A stretch of DNA of 64,000 nt from assembly GCA_963806185.1 (NCBI GenBank), contig CAWDXE010000003.1:276619-340618 (forward strand). The letters are read 5' to 3'. The notes under the pieces were generated by a model. That model worked only from the letters and a program-made list of their open reading frames with translations, had not been told where the DNA came from and ran no database searches. The translations under genes were made by a program, and so were the position numbers. The DNA is from an uncultured candidate division Zixibacteria bacterium. GTDB lineage: Bacteria > Zixibacteria > MSB-5A5 > GN15 > FEB-12. Positions within the stretch are counted from its first letter, which is position 1, and every line of letters starts with the position of its first letter. This document shows positions 10,387-18,998 of the stretch, piece by piece.

Positions 10387-10679
10387 AGGACTGGCTGGAG
10401 ACGTATGCTTTGTCGGGGTATGCCTTTCAAACGGAAGCCGACGGGACGTTTGAGTCGTACGGCGGACCGACGCTGATTTTGTGTGGCCGGCAGGACAATA
10501 TTGTCGGGTACGAGGATCAGTGGAGATTGATGGCGACGTATCCGCGAGCATCGTATGTCGTATTGGATCGGGCTGGGCACAATCTGCCGGTGGAGGCACC
10601 GGAGGCGTTTCAGACACTGGTGACGGGATGGTTGCGGGGGGATTGGATGGGACACGATGGGAATAGGAGCAATCAATGA
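10383..10679 (+). pseudogene. C-terminal remnant of an alpha/beta hydrolase
   Basis: PTLILCGRQD and LDRAGHNL (catalytic Asp/His region) are present; the N-terminal nucleophile region is missing. Confidence 0.7.
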
Positions 10680-12124
10680 GTAGTCAATCGCAACAGGACA
10701 TCGATTTCTTCTTCGATTTCTTTCAAGCCAGGCTTGAATTCGTGAGGTCGCATTGCATAGATCGTATCGAAGGTGTCATTCTTCTTTGTTCATATGTGGA
10801 TTCCTTAGCGGGATACAGATATGGAGGCACTACTGGCCCTGCTCGCTTCAAGAAATTCCTCATCGAGGATACCTTGTATTCGGAGACTTGGCGCAAGGTG
10901 AGCTTGATTCTTCTTCGGCAGTACTTGGAGAAGAAAGAACTCAAGTTATACGCGAAGGCAATAGAAGTGCTAAACCAGCTTGGTGCTAGGACCTCCAATT
11001 TCCGGGATTTGAATTATAACCCTGACATTCCTCTCGAATTGCTCCTGAACGAATTCAGTAAATCACTCTCTCGCAAGGAGATCACCTTTTTCCAGAAGGA
11101 CTTTGAACGATTTCAGTATTCGGCAATACTTTGGAATTGCTATCGAAACTCATCGGTGCACGAAAGCGCAGTAGGGCTGAAGAAGGCGATGAACTTAACA
11201 GATCAAAGCGAACCTTTCTATTCAAATGAACATTCGGGACACGACGGCAGTATCTTAGATCACACTCGGTTCGACATTCCAATGCAGTTCTTGGTCCGTT
11301 CCATCGAAAGTGGTCTGCAGAAACTCAGAGAATTGGCTAATGCGGGGCAATGGCACCCGGAGGTTTCGGTACCGTACGATGACCCCATATACGTGTCGCA
11401 GTCTAGCGCTGATGAAAGGGACAATGCAAAGATTGGCTATCCTCGAATGATTACTAAACCGTTTAGATCACTACTTGCAGATTTGGGAAACTTACTCGAA
11501 CAGGCCAAAACACATCACGGATTATTCGAGACTACGGGAGAAGGAATTCATAGATGGCGTGAAGGAGCAATGTCGAGAAGTGCAATAGTGACCTCGGTAT
11601 TCTTCTTGGAATCCATAGTGAATTCTATTGTAAAGGACTTTTCGATCCGAGAACCGTATCAACTGACCGAGACGCTTTTGAAGCGTTACAACCTATTGCA
11701 TCAACGATTTGATCGCCTTCCACTAATTGATCGCGTCTTCCTAGTACCATATATCTGTTCATCAAATGAAGGGAACTTGGTATCAGGATTCTTCGAGAAG
11801 AGATCAAAGGAGTTCCTGTCACTTCAGGAACTCATTGCAATTCGTGACGGGTTTGCCCACAGCCGACCTGTCAAGCGTCGGATGACCATTACGAAGTCTA
11901 GTGAAGGAGAATATATTGCGGACGATCAGTTCAAAGAGAATTTCTGGCCCCATACACAGATTCCGAAAGATATCTTCATTATAGAATGGAGCAATGCGAT
12001 AACTGCGAAGCAAATTGTCGACTGGGCTGTAGAGCAACTCGACCGATTTCTTGAGGGCCGCATCGCTCAAAGGAACTGGATGAACGATGAGTTGATTGAG
12101 TTTGATCCTAATGTGCGATCGTGA
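10676..12124 (+). CDS. Hypothetical 482-aa protein with two HEPN-like RxxxxH motifs
   Basis: Intact ORF opposite to the local gene direction, lower GC, with motifs RNSSVH (aa 157-162) and RDGFAH (aa 390-395). Confidence 0.7.
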   Translation: MSSQSQQDIDFFFDFFQARLEFVRSHCIDRIEGVILLCSYVDSLAGYRYGGTTGPARFKKFLIEDTLYSETWRKVSLILLRQYLEKKELKLYAKAIEVLNQLGARTSNFRDLNYNPDIPLELLLNEFSKSLSRKEITFFQKDFERFQYSAILWNCYRNSSVHESAVGLKKAMNLTDQSEPFYSNEHSGHDGSILDHTRFDIPMQFLVRSIESGLQKLRELANAGQWHPEVSVPYDDPIYVSQSSADERDNAKIGYPRMITKPFRSLLADLGNLLEQAKTHHGLFETTGEGIHRWREGAMSRSAIVTSVFFLESIVNSIVKDFSIREPYQLTETLLKRYNLLHQRFDRLPLIDRVFLVPYICSSNEGNLVSGFFEKRSKEFLSLQELIAIRDGFAHSRPVKRRMTITKSSEGEYIADDQFKENFWPHTQIPKDIFIIEWSNAITAKQIVDWAVEQLDRFLEGRIAQRNWMNDELIEFDPNVRS

Positions 12125-12201
12125 CTTGAAACGAGTGACGGAAGTTTCTTATTAGAGACCAAAACCGAATCATGATCCGCTCGCGGGAATCATGGATTCT
12201 G

Positions 12202-12235
12202 TGTGCGGCGGCCACGTAGAGCACGCCGCACATTT
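12202..12235 (+). terminator. Hairpin between convergent genes, possible terminator
   Basis: TGTGCGGCG...CGCCGCACA 9-bp stem followed by TTT. Confidence 0.45.
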
Positions 12236-12253
12236 GCAAAACTCAATCTTGAC

Positions 12254-14447
12254 TCACCTATGATGAAACGCCCGCCCCGTCGGCGTCACGTTCAACTCTT
12301 TCACCAGTTCGTCCAGATGATAGACCCGATCAATTACGAACATGATATACCGAGCGTCACAGACAATCGTCCGCGTAACCTCGGGATTAAACAAGTAATC
12401 CGACGCCACTCCCTCCCAGTTGCCGTCAAACGCCACACCGATCAGTTTCCCCTCGCCGTTGATCACTGGGCTACCTGAATTGCCGCCGGTAATATCGTTG
12501 GTGGTCAGGAAATTCACCGGAACGTCGCCGATATTGCCGTCGACCCACGGACCGAAATCTCTGTCGCGAAAAGCCGTGCGCAGCGAATCGGGAACGATAA
12601 ACGGATCCTTGCCGTTTTCCTTCTCCATGACCCCGTGCAAGCCGGTCAGATAGTGATAGGTGACGGCGTCGCGCGGGACATACCCTTTCACCTCACCGTA
12701 GCTGAGACGCATGGAGCCGTTGGCGTCGGGATACATCTTCGCCTGTTTCCAATCGGACATGGCTTGAATCAACATCGGCGCCAGGCGCGTTTCCGCCCCG
12801 GAGAACGCCTTGCCCTCCTCGCGCATTACGTCGGCTTCCGGCTTAAGTGCGCGTGCCAGCGCAATGAACGGATCATCGATCTTGTCCAGTTGCGCCTTGG
12901 TCATGGCAAACATTGCCAAGCGCTGATCGGTCTCGCCCATCTTGGTACGGACAAACCAGTCGTCGACCACCCGATCGATTTCGGCCCGCTTGTCACTCGC
13001 TTCGGCGAACAACTTCTTCACCGGGGCGATTTGCTGGTCGGACGGCAGATCGACCGCGCGCGCCAGGTAGTACCGGAATACTTCTTTGTCCGCCTCCGGC
13101 ACCAGATTGATCTGCGCGTTTTTGAGCCGCTCTTTTGCGGTCAACGTATCCCGCGCCTGGAAACCGCGATCGCGCTGCAGGTCGGGTTTCTCCCGTTCAC
13201 AGGCCCAGCGATAGATCGTACTGGCGAGACGGAGGTAATCGCATCCCCAGGTCATGCGGCCCGAGTAAGAAGTCGTGCTCTTGAGATTTTTGAGACGATG
13301 CATACAGGCTGTCGAGCGACTTGAGGACACGACCGTATTTTGCTTGCATCGTCTTGTCCTTACTCATGAATTCGGTAAGCTGGCGTTCCAGTTCGCGCTT
13401 CTGCGCCAGCGTATTCCCCTTCTTGAACCCCTCCATGACACCGTAGCTCTTCTTCAGGCCGTTGTTGAGTCCCGCGAGATCGGACGCCAGACGGAGCGCG
13501 ATGGCCGAATCTCGTTCACCGGCCCGGTTGAGAATGTTGATCTGATCCTCAGACGCCTGAATCGAATGCGGGTACGAGAATTCCATTCGCTCGGCCAGAT
13601 CGAATGAGCTGATGTGCCGCGAGGTGTTGCCGGGGAATCCGATCGTCATCGCCAGGTCACCTTCCTTGACGCCCGCAGTGGAGAACGGGAGAAACACTTT
13701 CGGGCAGTAAGGCACGTTGTTCGCCGAGTAGTCAGCCGGCTGGCCATCGGGCGCCACATATGCGCGCAGGAAAGAAAAATCGCCCACGTGGCGCGGCCAC
13801 ATCCAATTGTCGATGTCGCCGCCATAGTTGCCGATCGCTTCCGGCGGGACATAAACCATGCGGACATCGCGAATCTCCAGCGTCGTGTACAACATGTACT
13901 GCTTGCCGCCGAACATTGACGCCACACGCGCCTTGATCGCTTTGCCTTCTTCCGTCGCTTTGACCAGCTTCTTGATATTCAGATCGATTGTCTTGAAGCG
14001 ATCAATATCGGAAAGTCTGTCGGTAACACCCTTCTTGATCTCCTTAGTCACGTCCTGCACCGAGAGAGTGACATATACTTTATAGCCGATGGCTTCGACT
14101 TCTTTGTCCCGGGTTGGGGCGTAGAAGCCGTCCCGCAGATAATTGTGCTCGACCGTGCTCTGCTCCTGCACGGCGCCGAAAGCAACGTGATGATTGGTGA
14201 GAATGAGGCCGTCCGACGATACGAATGACCCGGTCGCTCCGCCGACCTGCACGACTGCGTCGGCGAGAGCGCTGCCGCCGGTGTTATAAATCTGCGAGGG
14301 CTCAAGCTTGAGACCCCGCATGCGGAGAAAATCAAGCGGGAGCTGGTCGACGCTGTAGAGGGGCCACATTCCTTCATCGGCCATGCTAGCTGATATCAGA
14401 CTCAGTGAGAGAGCAAGAGTGAGAACAACGCGAATCATGAGGCGCAT
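12254..14447 (-). CDS. S46 family dipeptidyl peptidase (DPP7/DPP11-like); one frameshift near 13260
   Basis: Signal peptide + ADEGMW, LTNHHV, DNWMWPRHVGDF, YPDANGSMRLSYG, DITGGNSGSP, AFDGNWE. Confidence 0.95.
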
Positions 14448-14598
14448 AATGGGGACTCCTTCCTGTTCGGGACAAAATAGGATTATCTTGTCCGGTTTAC
14501 AAGAAAAGAGTGTACCTGAAGGCCTACAATGATGGGTCGTGATAGCGAGCACGCCGCATGATCTGCGGATGCGTTGGGCCGTTGACGTGTTCCTGGGT

Positions 14599-14665
14599 AA
14601 AAAAAAGCGCCGTCAGGCACAAGCGTCCGACCGCACACAAGAATCGAACACAAGCGCCCGACGGC
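14599..14665 (-). terminator. Long-stem intrinsic terminator upstream of the S46 peptidase gene
   Basis: GCCGTCGGGC...GCCTGACGGC stem followed by GC and 8 T on the minus strand. Confidence 0.6.
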
Positions 14666-14854
14666 AAACTGAGCAACTCAAACTAAAGCGTTCGACGTCC
14701 CTGTCGCACCACTCTCGCATGTTAATCACAAAGCGCCGTGACTCGCTTGTGCCTAAACGTCCCCGACCTCGCCATATTACCGACGAAGTGTGGCTACAAC
14801 CAAATTCGACTGCAACCCCGCGGGCACGTGACAATCCGTGGATACGGTATTAAT

Positions 14855-14882
14855 AAGATAACATTGTGGCTGGTTACGTCAA
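14855..14882 (-). promoter_or_regulatory. Sigma70-like promoter
   Basis: TTGACG-16 nt-TATCTT with an extended -10 TG. The -35 lies in one arm of the inverted repeat CGTCAAC/GTTGACG (14877-14903). Confidence 0.55.
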
Positions 14883-14959
14883 CGTTTTTCCAACAGGTTG
14901 ACGATCAGAGTCGGCTGGATTTGAAAAAGAAGCTCGGCACAACACGTCAGCAAAGACAT

Positions 14960-15265
14960 GTTCCGGTCAACCCGTGAGGTCGGCCGGCCAATCGTCGCCG
15001 TCGACACTCATTCATATCCATTTGAATAGCAAGCTATTAGATGGCGGCGTTGAACTCCGCGAGGGCCGCCGTGAACCCTGCGCTGAAAATTGAAGCGCCG
15101 CCGGGGGGAGCTATCCCGGCGGCGTAAACCATCCCATGGCATCGGGGGTAATCTTGTGAACGGTCCCGAATGCGACGGGGCAGGCGCCGCGGACGGCCTC
15201 TTGCCGGCCCGCCTGACCCGTCAACCATTGTCGTGACGCGACACCCTTCGGGGCACGCCCCGTTG
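14960..15265 (+). ncRNA. Candidate structured RNA of unknown family
   Basis: Consecutive GC-rich hairpins with plus-strand GUGA, GCGA and UUCG tetraloops; no credible ORF. Confidence 0.35.
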
Positions 15266-15270
15266 GGAAA

Positions 15271-16035
15271 TCATCTCACCAATGACAACACCGTCTTGGC
15301 CGATATGAGGGAGTGCGACACCATAGCCATCGACGTGTACGTCTTAATCATGTTCGCTACATAACGCGAGTATTCGGTGGCATAGTCGGTGTCGCGAATT
15401 TGTGATTCGGCCGCCGTCAGGTTCTGTATCTCAATTTCATTGGCCGCACGTTGACTCTCAAGTTCGTTGCGCTGCTTGGCCCCCAGGTCGACCATCGCCA
15501 TGTCCAGTTCATGAGCCGCATCATCGATGAGCGTAAGAGAGGCGGTGGCGCCCTGGCCCGACGACAGGTCTATCCCAGACAATTTGCCGACGTCGGCTAC
15601 GGCGCCCTCGGAACCGTCGAGCGTATGCTTACCGTTGTACTGCGATGATTCGATGGTTCGATTGTAAGTTTCGACGATTGACTTTGCGGCCGTGGCGTAC
15701 GCCTGCTGCGATTCCGACGAATTAGTCGCGGCGTTCGCTGCACCTACCGCCAAGGAGCGAAGTTCGACCAATTGTTCACGCATGCCGAGCATGGCGGAAT
15801 CGACTGTTGCGTACTTGTTGACGACCTGTGTGATGTTGCTGCATTCCTGCCGCAGCGTCGCTATACGATCGCGCATTCTCTCGGAGATGACCAGTCCGGC
15901 CGGATCGTCGGCGGCCGAGTTGATGCGATTTCCGGACGACAGCTTCATGGCAGCCTTCATTGCGCCATCGATCGCCAGGCGCAAGCTATAGAGCGCGGTA
16001 TCGGACTTATCAGCACGAATGGAAAACGAGCCCAT
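15271..16035 (-). CDS. Minimal flagellin-family protein
   Basis: KLSSGNRINSAADDPAGLVISERM N-terminal motif and NLTAAESQIRDTDYATE C-terminal motif; 254 aa; AGGAG RBS. Confidence 0.9.
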   Translation of the reverse strand: MGSFSIRADKSDTALYSLRLAIDGAMKAAMKLSSGNRINSAADDPAGLVISERMRDRIATLRQECSNITQVVNKYATVDSAMLGMREQLVELRSLAVGAANAATNSSESQQAYATAAKSIVETYNRTIESSQYNGKHTLDGSEGAVADVGKLSGIDLSSGQGATASLTLIDDAAHELDMAMVDLGAKQRNELESQRAANEIEIQNLTAAESQIRDTDYATEYSRYVANMIKTYTSMAMVSHSLISAKTVLSLVR

Positions 16036-16086
16036 AACAACTCCTAGGCGTCTGCCGGTTTGACAGATTCCCCCGGGTTTGAGTTC

Positions 16087-16101
16087 GCAATTGAAATGCC
16101 C
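16087..16101 (-). promoter_or_regulatory. Sigma54 (-24/-12) promoter candidate for the flagellin gene
   Basis: GGGCAT-TTCAA-TTGC has exact GG-N10-GC spacing, about 50 nt upstream of the ATG. Confidence 0.55.
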
Positions 16102-16229
16102 GCCCGATCAGTTTTTAATGCCATAGGATGCAATGGATTACGAGGATACGGGCAATCACCTGACAGAATTTTATCAATTTCTGTGGGTTGGAAACCATAT
16201 TATGGGTGAGCTGAACGGTTGGTCTCCAT

Positions 16230-16267
16230 AAAAAAGTGCCGCCGGCAGGGTAGTTTGACCGGCGGCA
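16230..16267 (-). terminator. Intrinsic terminator of the dcw/ftsZ transcript
   Basis: TGCCGCCGG...CCGGCGGCA stem followed by CTTTTTT. Confidence 0.75.
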
Positions 16268-16364
16268 TGGTGGAGGAACCATAGAGCCCTTTTTGTGGGC
16301 GGCTCTATACTTTCCCTGTCAACGCCGTGGGAGGAAACGACCACGGCGTTGACCTTGAAAAGAT

Positions 16365-17738
16365 CTATCTATTCCCATCGAGGCGACGGATGTACGCCGG
16401 GATGGTGCGATCATCTTCCGAGAAAATCGGCACGCGGAATCGGCTTCGATGGCCATTGCCGTTCCCATTGCCGTTGCCGTGGCCGTCGTCGCTGACAATC
16501 TGCACGTCTTCTTCGAAGCTTGCCGCGGCCACCTCAACCAATTCAGGTTCTTCCGCGATTGTAGCGGCTTCCAGTTCGGGCTCCAGTTCGGGCTCCAGTT
16601 CCGGTTCGGGCAGGGCCTCCGGTTCGGGATTGGCGATGATCGGCACGACGACAGCTTCGACCGGAGTGCGGTTTTCTTCGGCAAAGAGCGAAATCACTTC
16701 GGCCGGCTTTTCCGGAATCACGTGCGGTTTCACTTCCGGCTTGACATAGACAGGACGCTGAGGCGCGCTGCCGAAACCAGTAGCAATCACGGTCACGCGC
16801 ATCTTGCCCTGCATCGACGGATCAATCACGGCGCCGAAAATGATGTTGGCCTCGGCCCCGGCCTCTTCGTACACGAGCGAGGTGGCGGTGTTGACATCGA
16901 ACAGCGTCATGTCCTCGCCGCCGGTGACGTTGATCAGCACCCCCTTGGCGCCGGCGATATGAATTTCCTGCAACAACGGCGAGGAGATCGCCTGCCGCGC
17001 CGCATCGATTGCCTTGTCGTCGCCCTCGCCGTATCCGGTGCCCATGAGGGCGTCACCCATTTCCAGCATGACTGTGCGAACATCGGCAAAATCACAGTTG
17101 ATCAAGCCCGGAACAGTGATGAGGTCGGAAATTCCCTTGGTGGCTTGATGGAGCACCTCGTCAGCCGTGGCAAAGGCGTCAGCCAGTTTGGTATTGCGAT
17201 CAACGATTTCGAGCAGGCGTTCATTGGGGATCGTGATGAGCGTGTCGACGCTGGCTTTTAGCTCCGCCAACCCTTGTTCGGCGCGTTCGAGCCGCTTCTT
17301 CCCTTCGAATTTGAACGGCAGGGTCACGATAGCAACGGTTAGCGCACCAGCTTCCTTCGCAATTTGCGCCACGATAGGTGCCGCCCCGGTGCCGGTGCCG
17401 CCGCCCATGCCGGCGGTAATGAATACCAGGTGTGGATGACCGATCGAATCGACCAGGTCACCGCGGCTTTCTTCGACGGCCCGCCTTCCGATTTCGGGAT
17501 TGGCTCCGGCCCCAAGTCCCTGAGTTGTGTTGGTGCCGATCTGCAGGCGCGTCTCGGCACGATTGGTGTCGAGTACCTGGGCGTCGGTGTTGACAGCGAT
17601 GAATTCGACTCCCTTCAGATCGGCTGCGATCATCCGGTTGATCGCATTGCCGCCGGCGCCCCCAACGCCGACCACCTTGATGCTCGCATAGCCGACGAAG
17701 TCGGCAGCGAAGTTGAATTGGTGTCTTTCTGCGCTCAT
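16365..17738 (-). CDS. ftsZ: Cell division protein FtsZ
   Basis: GVGGAGGNA, GMGGGTGTG, NCDFADV, C-terminal IPAYIRR. Confidence 0.98.
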   Translation of the reverse strand: MSAERHQFNFAADFVGYASIKVVGVGGAGGNAINRMIAADLKGVEFIAVNTDAQVLDTNRAETRLQIGTNTTQGLGAGANPEIGRRAVEESRGDLVDSIGHPHLVFITAGMGGGTGTGAAPIVAQIAKEAGALTVAIVTLPFKFEGKKRLERAEQGLAELKASVDTLITIPNERLLEIVDRNTKLADAFATADEVLHQATKGISDLITVPGLINCDFADVRTVMLEMGDALMGTGYGEGDDKAIDAARQAISSPLLQEIHIAGAKGVLINVTGGEDMTLFDVNTATSLVYEEAGAEANIIFGAVIDPSMQGKMRVTVIATGFGSAPQRPVYVKPEVKPHVIPEKPAEVISLFAEENRTPVEAVVVPIIANPEPEALPEPELEPELEPELEAATIAEEPELVEVAAASFEEDVQIVSDDGHGNGNGNGNGHRSRFRVPIFSEDDRTIPAYIRRLDGNR

Positions 17739-17772
17739 TCTCTTGTTTCCTCCTACCTGAGCAACTGACTAT

Positions 17773-18996
17773 CTAAAACTGTTTCATTATCCACTGTTCA
17801 AATTTCCGGAACATGCCGCGCATCGATCCGCCGCGGCTGCCCGACACCGGCTCATGCGCGAAGCCGTACAGCAAAAGGCCGTGAGCGGTCGCATAGCGAG
17901 CGTTGTTCAGTTCGTCCGGTGTGTTTTCGATGCCGTGTATCGTGCCGACGCGCACGGACATATCAAACATCTGCTCGGCCAGTTCCACGGTTCCCGGTAA
18001 CAGGGCGCCACCACCGGTGAGAATCACTCCCGCCGCATACATGTCGGCCTGTAGAATCTTCTTGAGTTCGCGTCCGACCAGTGCGAGGATCTCCTCCATG
18101 CGCGGTTCGATGATCGACGCCAGTACGTTGCGTGAGATCTCCTTGGTTGAGCGTCCCGCGGCGCCCGGCACCTCGATCATTTCCGTCGGATCGACCATCG
18201 CCGCCAGCGCCGCACCATAGGTCGATTTCAGCGTCTCCGCCTGATCGAGGGTTGTGCGCAAGCCGATGGCGATGTCACTGGTGACGTTCTTCCCTCCCAG
18301 TGGTATCACCGCCGTGTGACGAATCGCCCCTTCGCGGAAGACGGAAAGGTTGGTGATGTCACCGCCCAGGTCAATCAGGATGCAGCCCGCCTCGGCCGTC
18401 GTATGATCGAAAAGCGTATGTGAGAGGGCGAGTGATTCGAGCACCATGTGGTCAATGCCGAGGTGACAGCGCTCCAGAGCGCGATAGATGTTCTTCGCCG
18501 AAGTTACTGACGCCGTCACGATGTGCGCCTCAACTTCGAGCCGGACGCCCGTCATGCCGATGGGGTCCTTGATGTTCTGCTGATCGTCGACACTATACGT
18601 CTGCGGGATGACGTGAATGATTTCGCGGTCCACGGGAATGGCGATGGTGCTGGCGGCCTCGATCGCTTTTTTGGTGTCGGCGGCGGTGATTTCGTTATCA
18701 CTTCGGCTGACGCCGATTACGCCGTGACTATTGATCGAGTAAATATGTTCGCCCGCGATACCGACAGTAATGCGATCCACTTCCGTGCCGGAGACAAGCT
18801 GGGCATCATCAATTGCCTTCTTAATGGATCGTACCGTTTTATCCATGTCGACGACGACGCCACGGCGCAAGCCGTCAGCCGGCGACTGGCCATGACCTAT
18901 GATGTGCACGCCGCCGCGATCGTCCAACTCACCGATGAGACAGAAGATCTTGGTCGTACCAATGTCCAGGACCGCGACGATTTGTTCTTGTGCCAT
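17773..18996 (-). CDS. ftsA: Cell division protein FtsA
   Basis: LDIGTTKI, DPIGMTGVRLE, IDLGG, LTGGGALL; dcw position. Confidence 0.97.
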   Translation of the reverse strand: MAQEQIVAVLDIGTTKIFCLIGELDDRGGVHIIGHGQSPADGLRRGVVVDMDKTVRSIKKAIDDAQLVSGTEVDRITVGIAGEHIYSINSHGVIGVSRSDNEITAADTKKAIEAASTIAIPVDREIIHVIPQTYSVDDQQNIKDPIGMTGVRLEVEAHIVTASVTSAKNIYRALERCHLGIDHMVLESLALSHTLFDHTTAEAGCILIDLGGDITNLSVFREGAIRHTAVIPLGGKNVTSDIAIGLRTTLDQAETLKSTYGAALAAMVDPTEMIEVPGAAGRSTKEISRNVLASIIEPRMEEILALVGRELKKILQADMYAAGVILTGGGALLPGTVELAEQMFDMSVRVGTIHGIENTPDELNNARYATAHGLLLYGFAHEPVSGSRGGSMRGMFRKFEQWIMKQF

Positions 18997-18998
18997 GA

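Noticed and set aside
14613..14834. 73-aa ORF, or a 17-aa leader peptide (MARSGTFRHKRVTALCD), inside the candidate RNA
   Set aside because: No SD sequence, no recognisable motif and no amino-acid enrichment typical of attenuator peptides.
14960..15265. Assignment as 6S, SRP, RNase P, tmRNA or tRNA-Sec
   Set aside because: I could not find their diagnostic sequences, so it is left as an unassigned candidate.
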